NCBI GenBank assembly: GCA_965112735.1
Contig: OZ218954.1
Location: forward strand, 3,038,001 to 3,102,000
Source: Phaeosaccion multiseriatum
Lineage: Eukaryota; Protista; Ochrophyta, other classes
Length of the DNA stretch: 64,000 nt
Direction of reading: 5' to 3'
The notes beneath the pieces were generated by a model. The model did no database searches. It was not told the DNA's origin and was given only the letters and a program-made list of their open reading frames with translations. The translations under genes were made by a program, and so were the position numbers. This document shows, piece by piece, positions 49,728 through 62,077 of this stretch (position 1 is the stretch's first letter; each line of letters opens with the position of its first letter).

Positions 49728-50317
49728 CGCATTAGTGCAGCGGTGGACGTAAAGTACTACGGGAAAAAGTACGGAAGGATGAAACGGTCGAAGTAGGTCT
49801 TTTAGCACAGCGTCTGCCAAGCTGCATCGGGTATGGCGGACCGAAGGGCTTCTAAAGCTTCGAGGGAGAAGGCACGTCGTGTGCTCAAGGAGAATTGGCT
49901 TCGTGAGCAGCAGAGCACGAGACAGGAGAGTTTGAGTGGAAGCAGCCAAGGCAGGAGGGGCGACGAACTGATTCGGCTCCTTCTCGCAGCAGCACTTATG
50001 ACTTGCGTAGGCAGTCAGGCATTGACTACTCCAACCTCCACTTACACGGCATTGCGTAGCGAGAAGGAGCCGAATCAGCTCGTAGTAGCCCCTCCTGCCT
50101 TGCTTCCACTCAAACTCTCCTGGCTGTCTCGTGCTCTGCTGCTCACGAAGCCAATTCTCCTTGAGCACACGACGTGCCTTCTCCCTCGAAGCTTTAGAAG
50201 CCCTTCGGTCCGCCATACCCAATGCAGCTTGGCAGACGCTGTGCTAAAAGACCTACTTCGACCATTTCATCCTTCCGTACTTTTCCCGTAGTTAACGTCC
50301 ACCGCTGCACTAATGCG
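49728..50317. repeat. 590 bp foldback: ~260 bp inverted arms with a 71 nt loop (foldback/MITE or hairpin RNA locus)
   Basis: 49728-49987 is the reverse complement of 50059-50317 apart from a few substitutions and small indels. Confidence 0.95.
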
Positions 50318-50580
50318 CATTTCCCTCCAAGCCTTGGCAAAGAGTTTCCAGCTCATCGCCGGCGAGCCCTACAAACCTGTCCAGGGCAGATGTCATAGGG
50401 ACCTCGGTCAACAAGGCGGCCCTGGGCACACAGACATCCACCAAGAGGCAACAGCCATCGCCATGCACGGCCGAAGACGGCCTGGTAGGTGTCTCTACTC
50501 AGCCGGCCGGCTCAGCCATCCTTCCTCTATGCACTCTTCTCCCCTCAGCCAGTAACCTCCCCTCCTGAAGAATCCACTAG

Positions 50581-53500
50581 CTACCCCAGATCCACCCAAC
50601 TCTCCGGCCGCAGCAGCACCCGCTTGCCGCAGTCAAACAGCACCCTCCTTAGCGCCTCCTCCTCCCTCGGCACCACCCCACCCGAGCTCGCCACAAACGC
50701 ATAGTCTTCCGTCACACCTCCCCAAGCCATAGCCGTGATCATGTCCCTTGCCTCTGCGAGTGTGGTCTGCAGCTGCACCTCAAGGTGGCCGACTGCGTTC
50801 GCCACCCGTCCCATTGCCACTTGGACGCGTGCCCGCTGCCCAGGAGCTAGGTCCTCCACGCGCTCCTCCTCTCCTCCCTCTCCTTCCTCCTCCCCCCCGT
50901 TCCCCGCTTCCTCTCCCCCTCCTCCTCTCCGTGCTTCTCTTCCTCTTCCTCCTCCTCCACCCCCCCTCCCTCGTCCTCCAGGCTCTCGCATGGCGTCTTC
51001 CCTGTTTGTGCCTTCGTCCGACAACGACATCCGTTCCATCATAGTCTCCGACGAGAGAGACTCCTCGCCCTCATCAACTTCTCCTCCTCCTCCTGCTGCT
51101 GCTGCTTCTGCGGCTGGTCGTGCTCCTGCCCCTGGTTTCTGAGTGTTGGCTGCCATCCTGTCTGCTAGCTTCATTGACATTTCAATACCGGAAAGAATCT
51201 CTATGGTCGGTTTCTTGGCCCGCCCCAAAGCGTAGTCGATTTCATCCATCACCTACCATCGAGCGACCAACCAGCACACGCGTTTGTAGTTCGTTAGTTA
51301 GTACATACGTAAGGGTTTCTGGCACAGGCGGCATGGTTCCTGGCACAGACGGTGGGGGGGGGGCATGCACGCAAGCACGCACGCACAAAGACACACGTGC
51401 ACACGCTGACGCGCACACACACGCACTCAAGAACAGACACGAACACGCACACGCACACGCACACACACACGCACGCGTAGACGCACACGCACACACGCTC
51501 GCACACGGACATACACACACTCACACACGAATACTGCACAGGACACGCACACGCACGAGCACTGCACACTCACACACGCATACGCACGTACACACACCGC
51601 ACACACAAACACACACGCACACGCACACATACACACATACATACGCACACACACGCACACACGCGAAAACACACACGCAAACGCACACACATACACACAC
51701 GCATGCACACACACGCACGCACGCACATGTTGTGAGAGGTGGTTTTGATGATAGAGCACCACATCCAGCACATCATTCTCCTCCACAGCCCGCGTCAGCT
51801 CCGCGAAGCTCTCGTCGTCGCCGCCAGTGGCCATCACGTCAAGCTCTGAGGGAGTGAGTGAGGGAGGAAGGTGAGGGGAGGGGAGGGGAGGGAGGGAGGA
51901 AGGGGAGGGGAGGTGAGGGGAGGGGAGGGGCGGGAGGAAGGGGAGGGGAGGCAAGGGGGGAGGGGAGGGAGGGAGGGAGGGAGGGCGAGGGAGGGAGGGA
52001 GGGAGGGAGGGAGGGAGGGAGGGAGGGAGGGAGGGAGGGAGGGAGGGAGGGAGGGGGCAAGAGGAGACGGGCACATCGTAGAGGCAAGCAGGCAACGTAA
52101 TACTCAGCAAAAGACTATACAGATAACAGTCCCCTCTTTTCCTTAATGTGTCTTACATTCCTCCCCGTGGGTTCCCCGTCCCTGCCTCCTCATTTCCTTC
52201 TCCCTTCGTCTCTTCCTTACCCAAGAGACTCCGATTCTTGGCCAGGCTCTGGGCGAGGGCTTGAATACAAGAGGGTCCCACTGGACAACCCTGCAGAGAC
52301 AGAGAGTACAAAGAATGATTCTTGCGCAGCATGGCGGCGAGGGCCTTGCCGCCCACTGCGGTGACGGAGGGATTGAAAGATAGGTCTAGAGAGCGTAGGC
52401 CACCATTGTCCTCGAGGCTCCGGGCGATGGCCGCCGCTCCTTCGTTGGCGATGAGGTTGTTGCCTAAGCTGAGAGTGGTCATCTTGTGTGTGGGGGGGGG
52501 GGGGGAGGGAAGGAGGGAGGGAGGAGTAGGAACGAGCGTTGTGTGTCGTGGTTTGGTTGAGGGGATACGTATGCATGTGTGTGTGTGCGTGTGTGTTTGT
52601 GTCTGTACAGAGAAAGGGGGGTTCGGGGGTAGGATTCTGCTTGACCAACGATATCTTGACTTGACACCGGCCCTGTTTCACTTCCTTCCCTGCTCCGAGG
52701 CTAGCTACATACCTGCAACGCAAAGCGGCTGGCGAGAGCGGAGGCGAAGCGGCGAGCGCCGGTGTCTCCCACGCCGCAAGCTTGGAGGTGCAGCTCCTGG
52801 AGCCGCTGCCCGGCCAAAATTCCCTTGACGAGCTCCTGACGATTTTGAACACACACGAAGCGATGAGGAGGAAGCCAGATTGGAGCAGACTAACAAAAGA
52901 AGACTCATCAACACGACATATACTATAATTTTACTGTATATTTAATTAAACACGACTTACTTGGACCCCTTCGCAGCCAATATTGGGATTGGCCGAGAGA
53001 TGGAGGGCCTTGAGTCGTTGGCACTGCGCCAATTGGGACCCAATCTTTGCCGCGCCCTTGCTCGTAATGCCTTGGGGGAAAGGAGGGGGTGGGGGCGTGG
53101 GGTGGAGAAGGAAAGCAGTGGGTGGGGTGGGTTTGTTGGCTGATTGGTTGGTTGGTCCGTATGGGAGGAAGGAGGCAGGGATTGGGTGTGGGCAAGTAAG
53201 TCACTCTCTCGGTAGGTAGGTTTGAGAAGAGGCGCAGAGCGAGGTTGGCTCCTCGGAGGTCAAGGATATTGCAGATGAGCAGTGAAGAGGGCAGCCAAGC
53301 GTGGAGGACCTGATGCATCAGCGACTTTTCAGCATGCTGAGCGAATGTCTTGATAACTGACTTTTCAGCATGCTGAGCGAATGCCTTCATCATCTTCCCT
53401 CCTTGGCTGTCTGCTACTTCCTTCTCCTTAGGCGGACTGACTGGCTCGCTCCTTGTCGTTGCTTTCCCCATACCACTATCTACGCACCGTTTCCCACCAG

Positions 53501-53959
53501 CATGAGCGTCTCGAGAAAAGAAGCACTGGGCCCCGTCAGAGATTGCATTATTGCTGCTGCCCCCTCGTCGCCGATGCTATTCCCAGAGAGGTTGAGAATG
53601 CGCAAGGCGGCGTTGCCTCGAACTGCCCTTGCCATGACATATGCCCCCTTCTCCAATAGACCGCAGTACGCACACTGCATGTCCTCAACCACGGAAAGCT
53701 TGGTCCCATCACTGATGAGCTCATAGCTCAGCGCCCTAATCTGCTCTTCTGTATGCGGTTGGCGGCTGACGTTAATGAGTTTCCCCCTCTTCTCTGCTCC
53801 TCCTCCTGGTCCTGGTCCTGGTCCTCCTTCTCCTCCTGCTCCTCCTCTTTCTGCTCCTCCTGATCGGGATCCTCCTCCTCCTCCTCCTCCTCCCTCTCCC
53901 CCTCCCTCTCCCCGTCCCCCTCCTCCTCCTTCTCCTTCTTTTTCTCCTTCCTCACTCAT
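50581..53959 (-). CDS. RNI-like leucine-rich repeat protein; exons ~53959-53486, 53070-52961, 52835-52713, 52482-52221, 51845-51728, 51252-50581
   Basis: LRILNLSGNSIGDEGAAAI, LKALHLSANPNIGCEGV, LQELHLQACGVGDTGA, TTLSLGNNLIANEGAAAIARSL, LRSLDLSFN, LYSLSLQGC. Confidence 0.85.
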
Positions 53960-54107
53960 GCTGGTTCCGTCTTCGCCGACGCCCTTCTCCCTTCCCTCTG
54001 TGCTACTCCGATCGCTGTTGTACGCATGGTGCGGTGATTACAGGAAGGGCTCGAGCTTACTTCCAAGAATGAATTGAAAAGGGGGGGGGTTTACAAACTA
54101 TTTTTCC

Positions 54108-54332
54108 ATGATGAAGAGGCCGAGCAACCGCGTAGCGAAGTACACCCTTGCAACTATTGGCGCTCTCTCAGCCGGCGTCATTTGGTTCGTGCACTATGAC
54201 CAGGAGGAGGAAAAGAAGCGAATGAAAGAGGGTGTGCAGCGTGATATGGAGAGGAGCCTGCTGAGGGCCGCTGCTAAACAGGAGAACGACCGCAGCAGCA
54301 GCAGCAACAGCAGCAGCAGTGAGAGGAGATGA
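54108..54332 (+). CDS. PET117: Cytochrome c oxidase assembly factor PET117
   Basis: AKYTLATIGALSAGVIWFVHYDQEEEKKRMKEGVQRDMER matches the PET117 pattern (VH..Q..E...M..GV.RD.ER). Confidence 0.85.
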   Translation: MMKRPSNRVAKYTLATIGALSAGVIWFVHYDQEEEKKRMKEGVQRDMERSLLRAAAKQENDRSSSSNSSSSERR

Positions 54333-54875
54333 TACCACGGCAGAGAATGAGTGAGTTGACGGAGCAGATGAAGATGATCTGAACCCGACGAAGAAGAACA
54401 CCGGTATGCGGCTCCTAGCTGCTGCTGCTGCCCTTGCAACGAGGGCGGATGAACACGCCTTGCTTTCCAAAGAGCACTCGAATGAAAAGGTCGGGATGCT
54501 CGTGCGAATAATGTGCCAAGTCGCTCTCGGCGAAGCAGCGGAAGAGGGGGGAAGCGAGCGGAAGGGTTGTACTCACCCTTGAGTGCCATCTGGCCTCTAC
54601 AGGCATGAGTTGACACCTACCTATCTCAAGCTGCTGTTGTGGATAAGTACGAGTGGACCTCCGCCTCTGGGCTATACCCCGCGCGACGAAAATAACCCCA
54701 CTGCTCAGGCGAGGTCAATCCTCTTTCTAAAGGGGATCTCGGCCTTGTGTTGCGGTGCACGCTTCCCAATCCAGCGACGCACGACGGATGGATCGAAGGC
54801 AATAGATGGAAGCCGAGCAAAGACTGCTGAGGACACAAGGGGAAGCCCCAGCAGATGGAGTCTCACCACAAGGTG

Positions 54876-54906
<31 letters not shown>

Positions 54907-56107
54907 ACACACGAGGCCCAAACCCCGAGCCCACAGCAGCGGCAGGCACGGGCAGAGGGCAGAAGTAGTGGCGTGGAGGGCGGCGAGGTGGGAGGGACCG
55001 CGATTGGGATGGGGGAGGAGGAGGTGGAGGAGGAGGAGGAGGAGGAGGAGGAGAGAGCCACCACTGTCTCCGTGCTTCAGTTCCGCCTACGCTGGTCAAT
55101 ACTATACTCACCGCCTCCGCCAATGGGAATGATGAGCGGTTGGTGGTCTGCGCGGTCTGTGAGGCCCAGGCTGCAGTTTTTGGGTCTCAAGGACAGCTTC
55201 GCGATACTCAAGAGAGGGCCTCACAGCACTCACTCCTGCGAGTGGCCCCCTAGCCCTGCCTCCTCGTCGTCCTCCCCGACTACAGGAGTCCCGGCTGCCT
55301 TTTAAACTCTCTCCTCGGACTATATAACCCTGTATTCCAAACAGCCGCTCGCCGTCGGACGAGACACGTATGACGTCACAATAATATTACTACAGTGCCC
55401 CCATCTATCATATTATATTACGGTGCACCCGCCGTCGGCAAAAGTCCCATCAGGCGGCGCCTACTTCCCCCTCCTCCTGCTGCTGCTCTACAGTGGGTAT
55501 CGCTACCCAACCGAGTAAAAAATCAGCATCGAACCGAACTCTCTCTGCCGCGGACAGGGGGCGGGGAAGGTCAAGTTTTCCTTCCTTTCATGAGCAATCC
55601 TCAAGCCTTGCTCAGTCAGGTGTGGCAGACTCCACTTCAGAAAGCCCTCCCTCCCAACTGAAACTACTGCTGCTCCGCTCCCTCCCTTGAATCGATCACC
55701 CCACTTGATCGAACTCTAGGGGGGGGGTGCATCCAAATCGGGTGCCGCGCCCGACGCAGTGTGTTGCTTCTCTCGCTCACCCCGCTCACCTATAGCTAAA
55801 CCAACCACCCGACCACCCAACCAACCAAACAACATGAACAACACAAACCTAAAAAAAAACACCCACGACTGCGTAAGTACAAGCACTGGACTTCCCTCTG
55901 CTGTATCCCCTTTTGCTGAAGGGGGGCAGGTGGCGGGTGGGCTTGGCACAAAAACCGTGGGACCGGTGTTAACCCCCCCCCCCCACCCCGCGCGCACCCC
56001 TCGGCTGTGGTCCTTCCTTGGCTCTGCGAGCGCTCTATCTCTTCACATTGCCGCCATCCTCACTCACCTAATCATCACCCCCCCTTTCTCTTCTCACAAT
56101 TCATTCC

Positions 56108-58511
56108 TCATAGTCCTTTCGTACATATCCTTTCCCTGTGCTGCTTCCTGACCTCTGGCGCGGCTTCTGCGTCGCCGGGCCGCTGTGTTGACTTGCGAGA
56201 GCTCTGTTCCTTCTGTTCCTTCCTATTGCTGCTTCTTGTCCACTGGTGCGCCGCGTCGCCGCTGTGTGAGTGTGCGTGCGGTGTGCTCGTGAAGAGACCA
56301 AGCTGGTAGTTGTAACGGATAAAGTCCCACAAGAAGTTGGGGTTGGTGTGTTGGCGGTACACCCCAAGCTCTCGAAGGTAAGGGGTCAGCGCCTGCGTAT
56401 GTAGGCAAGGTTGCAACATGATGCAGTGCCGCGGTGAGAAAGAGGCTCCAAAACACTTCATGCAATGCAATGCATTATAACGGTCGGTCAGGATGTAACT
56501 GATAAAGTCTTAAATGGTATAGGCAGCATAGTACAGCACGGCGCTACGAGAGAGACAAGAGAAACAGAAAGAGGGAGGAGGGGGAGAGAGAAGAGAGAGA
56601 AGGGTGGGGCGCAGAAACACAAGGCAGATGACACTCGAAGGCAGCCCCAACAAAAGTGACACTCTACCGCACACGCACACACACATCCACCCACGCACGC
56701 ACGCACGCACGCAACACGAGCCAACACAACACACCTTGGTGGCCTTGGCGAGATTGTAATGTGGGATCTTTGTGAAGAACAAGTGGTGCACCACATGGCC
56801 ATCTGTGATGTTGTGATGCATCCCATCAATGCCCCAACAGTAGCTGCGATCCACCGTCTCCATGGCAGCCACCGCAAAGTGGTAGTTGGAGTCGTCGAAC
56901 GTCTTGGTGTCGGGCTCATGGTGTTGCATATACGTTACCATCACCAGCCAGTAGTTGTAAATGGCCCATGGCACGGTGTAACGCATAAAGATTTGGAGGT
57001 AGTCGTGGGCGAAGATCACGTCAACAAGGAGGTAAAGGAAAGCCGCCACGGAGGCCACGGAGACGGCCGCCTGGATCTGCTCACGTCTGTTGGGTGTTGG
57101 TGAGGGAGGGGAAGGAGGGAGGGATGGGTTGAGGAGCAAGGAGGGACGGACGGACGGGCGGACGGACGAAGGGAGGGAGGGATGGAGGGGAGGAAGGAAG
57201 GGACGGAGGGAGGGAGGGAGGGAGGGAGGAAGGGAGGGAGGAAGAGAGGGAGGGAGGGAGGAAGGAAGGAAGGGAGGGAGGAGAGAGAACGGGAGCGAGG
57301 AGGAGATAGATGGGGAAGTATGGTATGGTGCGAAGTAAGATTAGCAAACAGTGGCATGTTTGGAGGTAGACAAACACCAGCAGCAAATGCAGCAGGAGTG
57401 GCTTCGATGAGGCTGAAAGTTGCCCTCATCTCCTCTCTCTCCCCTCTCTTCTCCTCCCTCGCCTTCCTTGGCTCGCCTCCTCTTCGTCTTTCCGTCGCTC
57501 GCTCAGCCCCTCCCTCTATTTCTCTCCCTCCCCTCCCTCTCCCATACGAAACAAACCAACCTGTTCCAGAAGAGAGCGGTTTCTAGTGGGTTGAAGTGGC
57601 TGCCGTCCCAGTAGCCAAGAAACAGGTAGCTGATGGAGTACGAGAAGAAGGGATGGACAGGGGTGCTCAGAATGAACCGACCCACCGGGCCCACCTCCTT
57701 CTCGTACTGCTTCTTGTCAAACCAAGGGAAAGACATGTCTTTCTCCACATGGTTGTGGAACATGTGATGTTGGTGATGCGACTTTGCCCACGGCCAAAAG
57801 GGGACACAGATGGCGGCGTGGCAAATGTGCCCACAAACCGCATTGACGGTGCTGGAGTTGCTGAACGTGGTGTGCCCACAGTCATGCCCTACTACAAACA
57901 GGGCCCACATGAAGAATCCCATGTAGTTCCACCAGAGGAAGGTCAGAGGGATGCTTCCTTGCACGTAGAGTGGGTACACATACCAGCCAAGACCTAAGAG
58001 CCCAAAGTCGCGGGCCATATAGAAAAGAGAGGCCGGCAGCGACTTCTCAAAGCACCTGTAGTAGGGCAGTTGTAACGCCAGGCGGCGGGTGAGGGGAAAG
58101 GGGGAAAGGCATGGGCGCGGGGGAGAGACGGGGTGGAGCGTTGCGTTGAGTAGGGACGCGGGGCGGCCAGACAGTTTGTCAAGCAATACCACGGTACGGT
58201 ACCTACTATCACGGCTACCTCCTGTTACGGAAATGAAGGAGCTGCACAAGGGTAAAATATCCCCCAAGGCACTCAGCGAGAGAGCGATCCATAGCCATCT
58301 CCTGCGCTATTTACACAACCCTACCATGACACCCCTCCCCTTCCCCAACCTAGCCTCTGTGCTTCACTCACTCTTTGGGGATCTTGGTACGGAGCTTGTC
58401 GATGCGCAGCTGAGCCTTGAGCTCCTCCTGTGCCGCATCTTTCTTTCGGGGCGAAGCACCGGCGACTGGCAGGTCGGCCGCTTGCTGTACGGCAGTCGCG
58501 TTGGGCGACAT
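56108..58511 (-). CDS. Methyl-end (omega-3/delta-12 type) fatty acid desaturase; exons 58511-58372, 58055-57561, 57086-56735, 56392-56108
   Basis: His boxes HDCGH, HHQHH and HVVHH; also IPKECFEKS, WALFVVGHDCGH, DGSHF, WLVMVTYMQH, TVDRSY and IPHYNL. Confidence 0.93.
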
Positions 58512-59220
58512 ACTTGCCTGCTCTCCTTTCACAGGAGGGGAAGCCTTTGAAGAGTCCGTCCAGAGAGAGAGACTGTATGCGCCGGGGGTTGAAGGAGCCG
58601 CCGAGGGAGGAAGAAGGGAGAGAGGTAGAGATGAGACGAAGAAGAGGAGAGGCATCAGGAGACAATTAGTTGGGCACTTTGAGGGGAAGGAGGGCTTGCA
58701 AGGAGCAGCAGCGCTACATCGGAGACAGATATGAGTGTGTGTAGATGATCAATGCAAGCCAAGTCTGGGAAGGGAGAGAAAGGGGGGGCTGTAAGGGGGA
58801 GGCGTGATAATAAAAAGGAGAGGGAAGAGAAAAGAAACGGGCGGTGAGCAGCTGGGCACTCGCATGGCAAAGGGCAGGGCAACACCAACACGTGGGGCCC
58901 TGTAGAGGGAAACGAGTGGTGCGCAGAGAAGCCATGCAAATGGCGGCTGGGGAGGGAGAGGGAACTAGGCACACGCCTCTCCCCTCTCAATAAAGATGGA
59001 TGGCTCACCTCGCAAAAGCAATTAAAAAGCAAAGAAGAGGCGGTGGGCCCTGGACCGAAGGAGCTGCAACCTCTCTCTTCTCCTTAAACAGTGCGGTTAC
59101 GCTGTCCTGGGCTTGTTGATAACCCTGTGGAGCGTCGTGCAACGGATGACCGCGACGATTTATAAAATCGGATGACACGCACGATGAAACTCTCTACACC
59201 CCGGGGTTCAGTGGGCGTAC

Positions 59221-59304
59221 GTGCCGATGCGGAGCCCGCGCCGAAACGGCTGGTGCTCCCTTTCAACTCTACATGCCGACGCGGAGCCCGCGCCGAAACG
59301 GCTG
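59221..59304. repeat. Two ~31 bp direct repeats in the desaturase/LC8 divergent intergenic region
   Basis: tgccga(t/c)gcggagcccgcgccgaaacggctg at ~59222 and ~59274. Confidence 0.85.
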
Positions 59305-59655
59305 CTCCCCTCCAACCCGTCGCCTCTGTTGTCGTCTTGAACACAGTAGCAACACAAGGTGAGGAGGGCGAGGAAGAAGGAAGTACCTCCTGTAGGGAGG
59401 AGGGGGGTGTGCCGGGCCTGCTGTGCCGCGCTTGCCCTTTGTGCGTGCTGTAGAGCCGATTGCAAACAACCTTTCGTTTGCCACACAGCACTGAACACCT
59501 CCAGGGCGCAATACTGACCCTGCTCCCTTCCCGAATGCTCTCTCCGTGCCGTTGATTCGCTTCCCGCCTGCCTTCGCCTTGATGCAGACTGTTTGTATTG
59601 CAGTAGGTGGTCAGTCTCTTTCATCAATCCCGCAGGCAGCGTACCTGTATCAACC

Positions 59656-60113
<458 letters not shown>

Positions 60114-61346
60114 GGTGGGCCATGGCCCATCCCACCCCGAGCACAGGCATACGTGCTGCGCTCGGTCGATATGATAGACAGGAGATATACTTATATACGC
60201 AGGGAGGAGGGAGGGAGGAAGGGAGAGGGGAAGGGGTGGGGGGGGGTTGCGTCGTAAAGAGCGCGGAAAGAGGGAAGAAGGGGGGGGGGGGGCAGGGAGG
60301 GGGAGGGGCGCATCAAAGCTCCCCAGGGGGAGACATGCGACCGTTGTAGCGATTGGTGGGGGAAGACAAGCAGACGGAAGCGACTGGCGCTGAAGGAGGG
60401 AGCTATGGGTGGGTTCTAATGGCATCGCACCCATCAGAGGGGCAGGAGAAGCCACGGACGGACGCTGTTATGGATGGTGGCAGGATGCTCCTCCCTCTTT
60501 CTCACACTTCGTTCGATGAGTATGCCGTGGACGGGGCAGGGGGTACAATGAATACTTGCACCTTGCAGCTGGACTGCCGCACTTGACGGAGAGGAGCGAA
60601 ACGGAGAAGGAGACGCGACAAGAAGCCGCCTTTTGGACAGAGAGAGAGGGGGGGATAGGGAGGATGACAGAGAAGGACGCTCATGGCCCCTCATGGCCCC
60701 TCACCAAGAAGGAGCACGTGAGAACGCGCCCTTCAATGCAAGGCAGTACAGTACTGTATGTGTGGGGAAAGTGACAACAGTGGACCGTATGTGGATTGGC
60801 GGAGGGGAGGAGGGGTCAGTGCTTTGTGATCAGTGAGTGAGAGCTTGTTGCCGGTCCCGAGACCCTTTCGCTTTTGTTGCTTCCTGAGTTGCGTGCTACC
60901 GGCCTGTGGACGCCGTACACATGGCTAGTTACGTGAGGGATAGGCTAGGTTAGTTGAGCTCGCTCCGTCTCCCCGCCTTGACTTGGCAGGGGCGGAAGGC
61001 GGGGGGGGGGGAGGACGATACCTAAACCCCATACCGCTGGAGCTTGCTTGATGGAAGCACTCCGTCCCTCCTCCCTGTTGCTTCTCCTCTCCAAGCCCAT
61101 TTCGTTCACAAGCTTCGCCTCCTGTACATAACAATCAAATCGCACATACCCCGTACTACACACGCCAGTTTCAGTTTTGGTCTGTTGACCCCTGACCAAC
61201 ACACACACACCTGCTCCTTTGGAGTAGGACAGAAGCTTCGATATCGAACCCATTCAATGATATCGTAACGTCACATTAACTGAAAACTGGGAACTGAAAA
61301 CCCGGCGTCCCCTCTGCGGGCTCCCCTTCTTCCTTTCGCTCCGCCT

Positions 61347-61660
61347 TACTTAACGATAAGATTGTTATATTGAAAGATAAACATCACAGTTGGTGGCGGC
61401 GGAGATACTTAACGATAAGATTGTTATATTGAAAGATACACATCACTGTTGGTTGGCGGCGGAGAGGGTGCGTGTGGCGTCGCATCCTCTCCTCTCGTGT
61501 GCTCTCGCTCGGTCTCTCTCTCCCTCCCTTCTCATGATAGGATCCATCGCGCTCGGTCTCTCTCTCCCTCCCTTCTCATGATAGGATCCATCGCACGCTC
61601 TCTCTCTCCCTCTCCTCTCGCTCTCTCTCTCTCTCTCTTTTCTCATGACAGGATCCATCG
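61347..61660. repeat. ~60 bp AT-rich tandem duplication followed by three ttctcatga(t/c)aggatccatcgc units
   Basis: tacttaacgataagattgttatattgaaagata occurs twice (61347, 61406); the second motif occurs at ~61529, ~61573 and ~61640. Confidence 0.85.
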
Positions 61661-62077
61661 CTCGCTCTCTCTCGCTCGGTCTCTCTCTCTCTCTCCTCTA
61701 TCATACGGATACGATCCATCCATCGCATACACAAGCACACGATACAATTCCCGTCCAAAATTGTTTCAAAATTACACACCCCAAAAACAACAAAACATTG
61801 TACACCACTCACAACGAAGCCAACTGTGAGCCGCTGAGGGTTCGAGGAGGTCCTCTCATTTCTCCTGCTGGCAAGCCTCTTGCTCTTTTGCTTGAGGGGG
61901 AAGGGGGAAGGTAGGCGTCCTGTGTGTATGCATGTCCTTCCCTCCCTCCCTCTCCTCACCTGCAAACACGAGACCAAGGCACGGTCTGCTCTAGTCCTCG
62001 TTCTCATCCTTTCCTCCTTCCCTCCCTCCCTCCCTTCCCCACTCCTTCCAACCCGCCCTCATCCTCGCTCTCCATAC

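Noticed and set aside
49680-50291. Mirror ORFs MADRRASKASREKARR on both strands
   Set aside because: An artefact of the inverted repeat; no recognisable protein.
53071-53485. Intronic ORF with duplicated FAQHAEKS peptide in the LRR gene
   Set aside because: The flanking LRR exons join in frame without it; only a short 36 bp-period duplication is evident.
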